A stretch of DNA of 64,000 nucleotides from Asterias rubens. Its lineage: Eukaryota. The notes under the pieces were generated by a model that worked only from the letters and a program-made list of their open reading frames with translations, made no database searches and was not told the DNA's origin. Within the stretch, counting starts at the first letter, position 1. Each line of letters starts with the position of its first letter. The position numbers and the translations under genes are program-made. Location of the stretch: positions 15,376,001 to 15,440,000 of the forward strand of contig NC_047070.1 of assembly GCF_902459465.1 (NCBI RefSeq), in the 5' to 3' direction. Positions 1 through 9,257 of this stretch are shown here, piece after piece.

Positions 1-273
1 ATTGAAAACATCCCTTGAAATATTTCTGTCTGAAATGTTATATTTGATGAGAAATAAATTATCTAACTTCACGTTTGGAGTTTATCGCTCAGTGAGCGTT
101 TTATTAATTTTATTTTGGCACCGATGCAATGCAAAATTCTCTCGTGACCCAGATGGCCGATCGATCTCAAACTTCTACAGGTTTGTCAGTTTATGTATAT
201 GGTGGATAACATAACGTGCTTACACTGCCAGCAACTGTTTTGTTAGCAAAAAACAATTCTGTAACGTTCCTTT
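1..273. mobile_element. Kolobok-type MITE end (family ending ...CTGTAACGTTCCT-TTAA), truncated by window start
   Basis: The terminus TTCTGTAACGTTCCTTTAA recurs at ~3865-3931 (TTCTGTAATGTTCCTTTAA). Confidence 0.6.
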
Positions 274-621
274 AATTGACAAAAAATGGATTTAAAATGT
301 AACCTAAAAATTAAGTTCAAGACAAGTTTTCCAGCATTGTTTTGATTATGAATATTTCCTTTGAAGAAGATCTATGACATAAATATCATAACCAAAACAT
401 TTACACTCCAATACTTGAACAGACTTTACAGAATGTAGATTCCAATCCTGACCAGGGCCCAATTTCAAAAGCTGTTAGCAGAAAAAACTGCTTGACCAAT
501 TTCTTTGCTAAGCAAAAATTGAGTAGGGGCCAAGTCACACCAATGTAACTTAATGGAATGTTGGCTGGCAACCTGCTTCTGTTAAGCAACACTTTTCTGA
601 GCTTAGTGTTTGTGTTAACAG

Positions 622-946
622 CATAGAAATAGAACCCGGAGAACGCTGAGAGCGTCATTGTGCACGCAGTTTCTTTTTTAGACCACTTTTATGGACGCGT
701 GATACGCCATTTTTTTTTTTACATGTGTATGGCAAAGTACTAAGCCATACAGTGACATCATAAACATTGACCAATGAAAGTACAAGAAACAGTCTATGTG
801 CGCTGACATCTTGCCATTTTGCCATACACGCGTGTCAAGCGATGATCATTTTGCCATGCACGCGTATTGCGCGGTATCGATACACCGCGTCCACAAACCA
901 CACAGAGGGCGGCCGGGCTCAGCATTCTACGGGTTCTATTTCTATG
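622..946. mobile_element. TA-flanked MITE with CATAGAAATAGAACCCG terminal inverted repeats
   Basis: CATAGAAATAGAACCCGGAGAACGCTGAG at 622 and its reverse complement CTCAGCATTCTACGGGTTCTATTTCTATG ending at 946. Confidence 0.75.
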
Positions 947-1175
947 GTTTACAGCCTTAAAAATGGGTACCGACGAGAGCTGGGGAGTAATCTCCATTGG
1001 ACTGGCATTTTTTCCAGAAATATTCTGAGTGGTTTAATGCCAAGGAAACTGGACATAAACCCTGGACTGATGAGCCATATTGGCTCAGGACAGACTTGAC
1101 TTTTCCCTCTTAGTATTACCATAGATATTGAGCTTGAGTAAAAGTCTACACACTCTATGACCTTTGAACTCTTAC

Positions 1176-1231
1176 CCTGTACAAGAGCCATGATTGCGCC
1201 GATGAACACAAACATTTTACCCTGTTGCATG
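1176..1231 (-). CDS. MFSD10: MFSD10 coding exon 8 (MQQGKMFVFIGAIMALVQ-G); downstream exons lie outside the window
   Basis: Acceptor TACAG| and donor G|GTAAGA; 56 nt. QQGKMF matches MFSD10. No further MFSD10-like exon was found in 1-1175. Confidence 0.93.
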
Positions 1232-1539
1232 CTGTAAATGAGAGGCGAGAAAAAAAAAAAACAGTTCAAATCAAACATTGGGAGTATTAGTTAATCCAAA
1301 TAAACAACTCAAGTTCTGATTGCTGAGTCATGAGAGTGTGGGTTCCAATCCCGGCCCTGAAATTTGTGCTCTTGGCTTGTTCCAAAATGCTCATAGCGGC
1401 TGCAAAATTTCACCTACCTCCACACAAAGCAGAGGGTCATAGAAACCAGACCGACTTAAAATTTCTCCACGTTAACATAGAATCTACAGTTCAAAAACAA
1501 AGCCAAGTGTCTCTAAGATTAGCAATGTCACCGTTATAA

Positions 1540-1890
1540 TAATAATCATAATAATAACAAATTCTTATATAGCGCATTTCACAATAAACCGTATCAATGC
1601 GCTTTACATACGTCCCCTGGTCATTGGGCCAATAACATCCCTTTATTCTTTCTCAGCTCCCTATACAGGGAGTATACAGCCCCGAGCTGCTCCGAAGGCT
1701 TTAACATTCACAATATCAACATCTACCCTCGCAGGTACCCATTTATACCCCTTGGTCAAAAGAAAAAAAATTATAGAAAAGTATCTTGCTCAAGGACACA
1801 AGTGTCATAACTGGGATTCAAAACCACATTCCAGGGTGACTTAGCATCAGAACTTAAATTCAATGCTCTTAACCACTCGGCCACGACACT
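1540..1890 (-). mobile_element. tRNA-derived SINE with CORE-like central domain and L2-type tail
   Basis: A-box GTGGCCGAGTGGTTAAG, degenerate B-box, GTGTCCTTGAGCAAGA...TATAAATGGGTACC core and TGAAATGCGCTATATAAG-(TTA)n tail. A second copy lies at 31928-32217. Confidence 0.8.
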
Positions 1891-1939
1891 CTACGAGTTG
1901 TACAGATACAAACAGTCTTTAAAGGGGAATAAGGAGTAC

Positions 1940-2051
1940 CTTGTATATTGGAAGCGTCTGTGAACGAGGAATGTGAGAGTAAACTCTAGCCCGGAGAATA
2001 AGAAGAGATAAAAGAAGTAACAAACTCCAAGAAGACGAAGCATCCTCTGAT
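1940..2051 (-). CDS. MFSD10: MFSD10 coding exon 7 (QRMLRLLGVCYFFYLFLFSGLEFTLTFLVHRRFQYT-S)
   Basis: Acceptor TTTCAG| and donor AG|GTACTC; 112 nt. YLFLFSGLEFTLTFL is an MFSD10 signature. Confidence 0.95.
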
Positions 2052-2068
2052 CTGAAATAGAAAAATGG

Positions 2069-2270
2069 TAGGAATAACGATCTTGCCTCGAGCTATCGGG
2101 CAACCTCAGTAGTCTAGTTGGTAAGACACTGCTCTCGGGTTGCAAGGGTCGTGGGTTCGAATCCCACCCAAGTAATATGAATGTGATATTTCTTTCACAG
2201 GACTCGGGAAAGTACTTACAGTGTTAATAAACACACAACGGTGTGTGGGTATAAACCAAAATTAATATAA
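2069..2270 (+). mobile_element. tRNA-head repeat family B (second copy at 58440-58650, minus strand)
   Basis: TAGTCTAGTTGGTA A-box and GGGTTCGAATCCC B-box. The body CACAGGACTCGGGAAAGT...AAACCAAAATTAATA is shared with the inverted copy near 58.5 kb. Confidence 0.75.
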
Positions 2271-2364
2271 AAGCTTTCGTTAACATCCTATCTTATTTGG
2301 TGTTTTTGCTAATGAACATAATGTCAGTGTTCAGATCACAATACTGTATGATCTATCAAAACCT

Positions 2365-2513
2365 GGGGTGGATTTCACAAAGAGTTAGGACTAGTCTTAT
2401 CTCGATTTAGGACCAGTTACTCGTCCTAACTTAGGACTATCCATGCAATTTTTATATCTCCTAGGACTAGTCCTAAATTAGGACTAGTCCTAACTCTTTG
2501 TGAAATCGACCCC
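2365..2513. mobile_element. Fold-back MITE with GGGGTCGATTTCACAAAGAG TIRs and internal TTAGGACTAGTCCTAA palindromes (PIF/Harbinger-like, superfamily uncertain)
   Basis: Inverted termini are visible. Related copies at about 8505-8650, 10790-10972, 13100-13252, 22939-23090, 36712-36853, 46898-47067, 60195-60300 and 63156-63425. Confidence 0.8.
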
Positions 2514-2599
2514 AGGTCTGCAAAGCAAGGCCGCTCGACTAGTTTTTGCGTGTGACTGTGACCAGCCTTCTGTGGGCCTGCTTGCAGAGCTGCATTGGC

Positions 2600-3207
2600 T
2601 CCCAGTTAGAAAACAGGTATCCTTCTGAATTGTCACTCATGTCTACAAAATGCTTCACACCCAATCTCCTTTATATCTGGTTGAACTTGTACATTCCCAC
2701 AGCTCTAATCCTGCTAATGCCTACAGGCACTGACTCCGCTCATCAGACTTGCCTTTCTGTTCCTAAAACTAGAAGGAAGGCTGGGGATAGCTCATTCACC
2801 ATGGCTGCCCCTCGTCTATGGAATGAGCTTCCTGCTGATCTAGAAGGAAGGCTGGGGATAGCTCATTCACCATGGCTGCCCCTCGTCTATGGAATGAGCT
2901 TCCTGCTGATCGAGAAGGAAGGCTGTGGATAGCTCATTCACCATGGCTGCCCCTCGTCTATGGAATGAGCTTCCTGCTGATCTAGAAGGAAGGCTGGGGA
3001 TAGCTCATTCATCACGGCTGCCCTGCGTCTGTGGAATGAGCTTCCCGCCTGTCTGAGAGAAGCAATCTCGATGCCTGTATTAAGACAACTCCTTAACCCA
3101 ATCCTATTTTTGTTTTTGGGGAGGGTTTTGTTTTATGTTCTCGTCTCCTGTGAAACTCTCTATTCTTCGATTAGTGCTATATAAATTCTCCTTATTATTA
3201 TCATTAT
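2600..3207 (+). mobile_element. L2-group LINE 3' fragment with internal 4 x 71-bp tandem amplification
   Basis: Encodes VPKTRRKAGDSSFTMAAPRLWNELP, the L2 C-terminal GDRAFSVAAPRLWNSLP motif, and ends in a GCTATATAAAT...TTATTAT tail. Units start at 2771, 2842, 2913 and 2984. Confidence 0.8.
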
Positions 3208-3301
3208 ATTAGTTTACCTCAAAGTTGTCTGAATGCAAGGTGAACACTAATTTACAACCACTAAGTTAAACCATTGTCGTAGATACTGAATTTAAACTGA
3301 C

Positions 3302-3398
3302 CTGATGGTTTAATATTCTTGACAGCTGAGAAGAGGAATAATGATATGGGGTTGATCAGATCTTGAGCATCCTTGAAGCTACTGCCAAATGATAATGC
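3302..3398 (-). CDS. MFSD10: MFSD10 coding exon 6 (ALSFGSSFKDAQDLINPISLFLFSAVKNIKPS-D)
   Basis: Acceptor TTTCAG| and donor G|GTCAGT; 97 nt. DLINPISLFLFSAV corresponds to human DLLSPLALLRFSAV. Confidence 0.92.
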
Positions 3399-3481
3399 CT
3401 GAAAGAGAGTCAAAAAGGAAAGATGAGGAAAGAAAACACTTCAAGATGACATGATCTTATGATGATGATATGGGTTTTCTT

Positions 3482-3863
3482 GGTCAATTTCGGGAAATGA
3501 GCAGCCAATTTAACCACCAAGCTATTCTATTTTGCGCGAAATTGAATGCTATTGAAAAGGGTTATCCGATTTCATTTTATGATTAGTCAAATGTAATGTT
3601 GCGTCATTCGATTTAACAAAGTAATCATTCAATTTAACAAGTTATCAAAGCAGCATTCAAATTCGCAGACGCTTCTTGAGGCGTGTGTATTACAAAAAAA
3701 AGAGGAGGATACGCTAAATTAAACAGAGTGCTACAGGAATTTGACTCGACGAAATTGAATGGCCGAATTCTGAATTTGAAACGCAGTCACAACTGGAGAG
3801 GCAAAACAGCTTGAATTCGAACGCATGAAAATGAATTTGACTGCTCATTTGCTGAATTTGACC
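3482..3863. mobile_element. MITE with GGTCAAATTCAGCAAATGAGCAG-type TIRs
   Basis: GGTCAATTTCGGGAAATGAGCAGCC at 3482; reverse-complement counterpart GACTGCTCATTTGCTGAATTTGACC ending at 3863. Confidence 0.7.
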
Positions 3864-4079
3864 GAGAAAACCTATAGTACTTACACTGCTAGCAACTGTT
3901 TCGTTAAAACTGTTCTGTAATGTTCCTTTAAGGAAGGGTAAACTGAGTAGGTCATTCACAGAATACTCAATAAAGTTTTTTTTTTTTTCATGATCTCAAT
4001 CCAAATTTCACCGGACATAGTTGATTTTGCTCGTTATATTTTCACTTTATTGTCACATTACATTCATCAACGATTACTT

Positions 4080-4205
4080 CGGACATCACTCGCTTGAATG
4101 CTCCTGAGCAAACAAAGTTCTAGGTCAAATAACTTTCAGTGTAGCTGGGCCAATGATTTGGAACAATCTTCCTACTGTCATTAGGGAATCTGTTACTTCA
4201 TAGGT
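4080..4205 (+). mobile_element. Small L2-group LINE fragment
   Basis: Translates to FSVAGPMIWNNLPTVIRES, the L2 C-terminal motif. Confidence 0.55.
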
Positions 4206-4219
4206 AGTAACCTTAATAG

Positions 4220-4470
4220 CTGGCAGTGTCATGGCCGAGCGGTTAAGAGCACCGGAAATTGGGGAGGTAGTGCTTTCTGCTCTACCGGCCAGGCTTTGAA
4301 TTGATGATACGAAAGCCTAAATTCGTATGGACTGTGAAAGGGGTAACTCAATTTCAGCCCTAGGAGTAGGTGGCAACGGCCTCTGGAAAAAATAATTGTA
4401 GCCCACACCTTGAAGTGGCCTTCAGGCCTTGTGTGTAAGGCAACTTGCATAAAAAAAATTTAAAAAAAGT
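4220..4470 (+). mobile_element. tRNA-derived SINE with a CR1/L2-group LINE-derived tail
   Basis: A-box TGGCCGAGCGGTTAAG head with the B-box region deleted. The tail TTGTAGCCC...AGTGGC...ACTTGCATAAAA aligns with the LINE end at 21027-21097. Confidence 0.7.
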
Positions 4471-4489
4471 AAAACAAAATAATAAAAAG

Positions 4490-4790
4490 TAGATAAGTCC
4501 GCTTTATGCTAAATGAACAAGTTGTTTGTTATTTAACTTCACTATCGCAGATTGAGTTCTTAACTGGTCTCAACATTTCGACTAGCTTGCTCTTGTCATT
4601 GCCAGGAGACTGAAGGGGTTCGGAGGTTTCAGTGTAGAGTCAGTCAATGCTCTGATTGGTTCACCTGAAAGGAGACTTGTGGTTGGTTATGGGCTCAGGG
4701 CTATTGTGTGTGTTGCCAATTGCTTGTGAGTACCCTGTGTAGCGGGGCGTGTCAGATGTTTATATGTAGAGATTGACTAAGAACAGGACT
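4490..4790 (-). mobile_element. Penelope-like element terminal-repeat remnant with a decayed hammerhead motif
   Basis: The minus strand of 4562-4610 reads GTCTC-CTGGCAA-T-GACAAG-AGCAAG-CTAGTC-GAAA-T-GTT-GAGAC. The PLE assignment is inferred from this motif. Confidence 0.5.
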
Positions 4791-4829
4791 TGCTAAGCAG
4801 TGTTCGGTACGATAATGCCTTAAACTCAC

Positions 4830-5021
4830 TCTTCTATGTCTTGGCAATGTCTCTTTGAAGAAGAAGAAGATAAAGATGATATCAGCAACAGCCAGAGTGA
4901 TTGCAAACAAGGCCGGTTTGAAGTATAGAGCTTCTCCCTTACCACCGGAGGACATTGCAAAGTAGGCTCCGATCATGGGTCCCATGATAAAGCCAATAGA
5001 GAAGGCAATACCAATCAGCGC
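4830..5021 (-). CDS. MFSD10: MFSD10 coding exon 5 (ALIGIAFSIGFIMGPMIGAYF...FFFKETLPRHRR)
   Basis: Acceptor CCATAG| and donor AGA|GTGAGT; 192 nt. Contains motif C-like GIAFSIGFIMGPMIG and the ETLP motif. Confidence 0.95.
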
Positions 5022-5159
5022 CTATGGAAGATAGATACAGGTGCTACAAAATATAAAAGGCAAACACTGTACTAACAAACTAGAGCACATAACAACCACC
5101 AAATGGAAGACCGGCATAAAGCAATCCCTCACGCTTGGAAGTTTCTCGAGAACTTTATT

Positions 5160-5941
5160 GGCAGTGGACACTTTTGGTAATTACTCAAAATAATTATTAG
5201 CATAAAACATCACTTGGTTATGTGTAATTGGGAGCTGTTGATAGTATAAAACATTGTGAGAAATGGCTCCCTCTGAAGTAAAGTTGTTTTCGGGAAAGAA
5301 GTAATTTTCCACGAATTTGATTTCAAGACCTCAGAATTAGAATTTGAGGTATCGAAATCAAGCATATGAAAGCAAGTGAGAAGACTGGTCTAATGTCTTT
5401 GACAATTACCAATAGTGTCCACTGTTTTTAAAGCCATTATACACTTTCGGTAAACAGTATTGTCCAAGTCCCACACTTCGTGTATCACAACTTATATACA
5501 AAATAACAAACCTGTGAAAATTTAGGCTCAATCGGTCATCGGAGTCGAGAGAAAATAACGGGAACACCCACTCTTGCTTCCGCACGTTTCGCCGTGTCAT
5601 GACATGTGTTTAAAATAAATTCGTAATTCTCGCTAACGAGAATTGATATTGTTTTAATGTTTTCTCAAAAAGTAAAGTATTTCATGGAATAATATTTCAA
5701 GAGATGTCTTTCACCATTACCTTCTGTAAACCCTGTAAGTTGTTTGTAAATCTGTGAACTTTTTTTCTTTTCTGTACCAAAAGTGTATAATGGCTTTAAA
5801 GGCAGTGGACACTATTGGTAATTACTCAAAATAGTTATTAGCATAAAACCTCACTTGGTAACGAGTAATGGGGAGCTGTTGATAGTATAAAACATTGTGA
5901 TAAACGGCTCCCTCTGAAGTGAGGTAGTTTAATGGCTTTAA
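5160..5941. mobile_element. Stack of three Kolobok-type MITEs joined at shared TTAA sites
   Basis: Family 1 at 5160-5427, TTAA 5428-5431, AGCCATT-family element at 5432-5795, TTAA 5796-5799, then partial family 1 at 5800-5930 ending AATGGCT-TTAA. Confidence 0.85.
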
Positions 5942-6753
5942 ATATAAAAGACAAACACTGTACTAACAAACTAGAGGCCATAACAACCACCAAATGGAAG
6001 ACCGGCATAAAGCAATCCCTCACGCTTCGAAGTTTCTCAAGAAAACTTTCAACGTACTTCTTAAACCTGTATTACAAAGCCAATTAGTGACAACTGTTGA
6101 ATGTAGTTGTAAGCATATTAATTTTACCTGATACAATGTTACAATTAATGTATCTGGTTGGTCTCATCTGTCAGTTTGTCTAACTGTCAAGAGGTCTTTG
6201 TTTGTCACAGGGAAACCTTAAAAGAACTATGCTTCAGATTTTCCCCCTGCAATTTGGTTGTTGTTTATACCAATATTAAAATATTTGTCTAATCTATCGT
6301 TCACTGTCTTCTTTGGCTTCCAATTCACCAATGTATCTTGATTCAAAATTCTTCTTCTTGTGTATAAAGTTGTTTTTATAAATTAACCCCAGTATATCTC
6401 CAAGATCTCTTAACCCTTTGTTCATCTCCACTATCATCAGATACCTTTGTCCATATTTTAAACGAAACACTGAACTATCCAGAGGGACCACTTGGAGAGA
6501 GTATTGACTTGCCTCATGTGTTTTATCTGGCATTTGGCCAGCGGCCCACTGTTAAGAGCGAATGTTAGGTTCAGAATGTAACCCGCTCAAGAGATCCAAT
6601 ACATGGTTGTACCCCCAAGCTTACACTTATTTACAGTTTATTCTTATTCACACCATGCAAAGCTTCAAACATCACTTCTGTTATAAATGTTCAGTTTATC
6701 AACTTGGTTCTATTTGAGGACATTAAGCATGAGTTTGAGTTGTACACACTCAC

Positions 6754-6912
6754 CATTCCCTTGCCTCTTGTTGTTGCCGTGGATACATCAGTAACGATTG
6801 TTGTACTGAGACTGACGTTACCTTTGCTTATTCCACCGATGATGCGCGCAATGACGAATAACGTGAAGTTATGCGAGACGGCCCAAACGCAGTACGAGAG
6901 TGCTATACCTGT
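6754..6912 (-). CDS. MFSD10: MFSD10 coding exon 4 (TGIALSYCVWAVSHNFTLFVIARIIGGISKGNVSLSTTIVTDVSTATTRGKGM)
   Basis: Acceptor TTTCAG| and donor ATG|GTGAGT; 159 nt. RIIGGISKGNVSLST is the diagnostic MFSD10 segment. Confidence 0.96.
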
Positions 6913-7414
6913 CTGAAACATCAACAATAAGAAAAGACTGTTTGAAAATGTATGGAAACCAAAGAGAATAAGAGTACAAAAACAAACTGCTGTTTGACTT
7001 CATAAACACACACATGGCCAATACCTATTACTGTCATACTATAAGTTATCACACAAGCGCGAGTGGAATACAAAAAAATCTAGTGCTTCAAATATAGCAT
7101 CCCATATGGGACGCAGACGCGCTATATTTCACGAGCGCGTGTGTGATAACAAACTTATCATCCAGTCTCACTTGCAACGCGCAAAATTTCAAATTTCAGA
7201 GCGTTATTTCACACGCGCCAAATTTAAAATGTAGTTTTTGCACTGTCCAAATACCGAGCGTGACTTAATGGAATTTCACAATACGCACTGTGTAATAAAA
7301 ACAGAGGAAGTAGGATATAAAACGGAGGTCATAGCATATATGTTTTTATCCCCCTAGTAGTTCGAGCTTCTGATTGGTGGATTAGCGCGTACTGGAAGAT
7401 AAAATGGGATATAA

Positions 7415-7625
7415 GATTCAACGCTCCACATGATGTGTGTTTTAGTTTGAGTTTGAAGAAAGAAAGATTGACCAGAGTGAGATTTGAACCAATGACCTCC
7501 GGATTAACTGAGCTATCCAGTGGTTGGCGGTCTCCCTATTAGTCAATATCTTTGTTCGGAGGTGCCAGTCAGAAACCATATCACAGTTAGCTGCCGTGTG
7601 GCCAGGGATCACGATACAACCTGGG
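7415..7625. mobile_element. Interspersed repeat fragment with reverse tRNA-like segment
   Basis: GATTTGAACC...ACCTCCGGATTAACTGAGCTATC is an antisense B/A-box-like segment followed by a non-unique-looking body. A related piece lies at ~9990-10078. Confidence 0.45.
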
Positions 7626-7895
7626 ATGTTTGTTTAGCACAAGGACTTCTAGGAAAAAATGGAAACGGAAATGAAAGTACTCTTCAAATGACCAATAGAT
7701 GATTCCCGATATCAAACAATTCCAAAAACCAAACGTACACTTTGCCTTTAATGAACTGATATTGTTAAATGTAGCGTTGGTTTATTTGAACACCCGATGC
7801 GTGCGCATTACAGGCCTTATTATTATTATTATTTTTATTATTTAATACTGAGTAATAGGTGGAACATATCGATTGTGATATTGATATCATCATAC

Positions 7896-7999
7896 CATTG
7901 TAAGTAGCATGAGAGGTCTCCGTCCGTATACATCTGACGCTGCTCCAATAACTGGACTTGCAATGTATTGTAAGAATGAAAACAACGATCCAATCACAC
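7896..7999 (-). CDS. MFSD10: MFSD10 coding exon 3 (VIGSLFSFLQYIASPVIGAASDVYGRRPLMLLTM)
   Basis: Acceptor TTTAG| and donor ATG|GTATGA; 104 nt. Contains MFS motif A (GAASDVYGRRP). Confidence 0.95.
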
Positions 8000-8059
8000 C
8001 TAAATCAAACAAATCAAAACAATATTATCATTATTCATAATTCATAGTCAAGGTCATTG

Positions 8060-8345
8060 TTTCTAATAATAATGATGATACAAAGACAAGATCTAAGATT
8101 AAGTGGTAGAGAGTTCCAGATGCGTGGCGCAGCTGAAGAAAAAGACCTGCCACCCCATGAGTGTCGAGACTTTGGTTCAATGAAAAGAAGCATGGAACTT
8201 GATCGAAGATTTCTTGATTGAGTGTAAACTTGAAGAAGTTCAGCAATATAGTGGAGAGCCTTGCCATTAAGAGCTTTGTGGACAATGAGCATCAGCTTGA
8301 AGATGATTCGTTGAGAGATAGGGAGCCAGTGTAGTTGTTTCAGAA
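8060..8345 (-). mobile_element. L2-group LINE 3' fragment
   Basis: Translates to HPILKQLHWLPISQRIIFKLMLIVHKALNG...LRSS...GGRSFSSAAPRIWNSLP, the classic L2 ORF2 C-terminus. Confidence 0.88.
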
Positions 8346-8346
8346 T

Positions 8347-8500
8347 GGGGTGGCATGGGTGGTTAGTGCATAAGTGCTTGCCTCTCGCCACTGTGTTGCT
8401 GGTTTGATTCCCAGCTAAGGCCAAAAGTGAGTAGAGTTTTGTCTATTGGTTCTCTTCAGGGTGGCTATTGTGTATATCACATGCCTCTTTCCACTGTGGC
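8347..8500 (+). mobile_element. Degenerate tRNA-derived SINE head; a further SINE piece follows the MITE at ~8650-8760
   Basis: GGTGGCATGGGTGGTTAG A-box-like and GGTTTGATTCCC B-box-like motifs. Confidence 0.55.
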
Positions 8501-8789
8501 CCCGGGGCCGATTTCACGAAGAGCCAAGAATGATCGTTACTTCAAATCAATCGTTGTTGCTTAGTAAAGTGTGATGTCACAATGTAAATCAATATGGCGT
8601 TACTAACAATTTGTCTTACGAAGGATTTTATTGCTTTGCGAAGTTTACCCCAGGTTTGATTCTCAGCTAGGGCTATCTGTTGGTTCTCTTTTATACCATG
8701 AAGGTATTTCTAGAGCCCTCCAGTTTTCCTCCCTCTTGAAAAATTAAACACTCTGATTTCTTATTGAGCTCCGTAGTCATATGTGGGTC

Positions 8790-9075
8790 GATGTGTTCAG
8801 CAGAGTGTTGGTTTGAGTCTCGGTTGTGACACTTTAAGACATTTAACCATTATTGCTGTGTCTTTCCAATGGGACATAAAGCTATTTGTTCCTGGTTTGA
8901 TTAGTTGCATTGTGCCACAGCACCTTGTCAACAATTACATGGTGCTATTTAAGGGGGGTCAGTCTCATAAAAAAACGCAGCTCCACAACACCTTGCAGGA
9001 AAATACTGAATGTTGAAGCGCCTTGAGCATCACTGAGTGACGGATATGAGCGTTTTATATTAAGCCACTTTTATT
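8790..9075 (+). mobile_element. SINE family C (GGGACGTAAAGC...AAAGAACCC domain); copies at 9760-9970 (+) and 34285-34516 (-)
   Basis: B-box GGTTYGAGTCYC, shared GATGGGACRTAAAGC and AAAGAACCCAG...AAGGGGTTCGCCC blocks, and an L2-type AAGCGCCTTGAG...TTATTATT tail. Confidence 0.7.
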
Positions 9076-9160
9076 ATTATTCAAAGTTAGTTTTAAATCA
9101 CCTTTCCTTTCTGAAATCCATCTATTATTTCTGTTTGATTACTTGAACTTGATTACTTAC

Positions 9161-9257
9161 CACCAAATAAAACAGAGTTGTATTTCTCCGTGTCTGGGAT
9201 ACCAAGCAAGTTACGAAATCCATCAATCTTTGACTGTAACTGTGGCAGCAATCCACC
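9161..9257 (-). CDS. MFSD10: MFSD10 coding exon 2 (GGLLPQLQSKIDGFRNLLGIPDTEKYNSVLFG-G)
   Basis: Acceptor CTAG| and donor G|GTAAGT; 97 nt, in frame with neighbours. NSVLFGG is typical of MFSD10. Absent from the ORF track; read by hand. Confidence 0.92.

Noticed and set aside
1060-1095. CTGATGA followed by a GCC/GGC hairpin (hammerhead-like)
   Set aside because: No GAAA follows stem II and there is no stem I or III; it is a simple TGAGCC/GGCTCA hairpin.
949-1175. Read-through of the ORF past MFSD10 exon 8 as an alternative C-terminus
   Set aside because: There is a strong G|GTAAGA donor at 1175, and the extension has no similarity to MFSD10 TM9-12.
2100-2175. tRNA gene
   Set aside because: A and B boxes are present but the acceptor stem does not pair, and the sequence continues into a repeat body found twice in the window. 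It is a SINE-like head, as are those at 1.8, 4.2, 8.4, 14.0 and 31.9 kb.
4300-4322. TTGATGA-TAC-GAAA inside the SINE as a hammerhead
   Set aside because: There is no room for stem II and no stem I; only the AGGCTT/AAGCCT stem is real.
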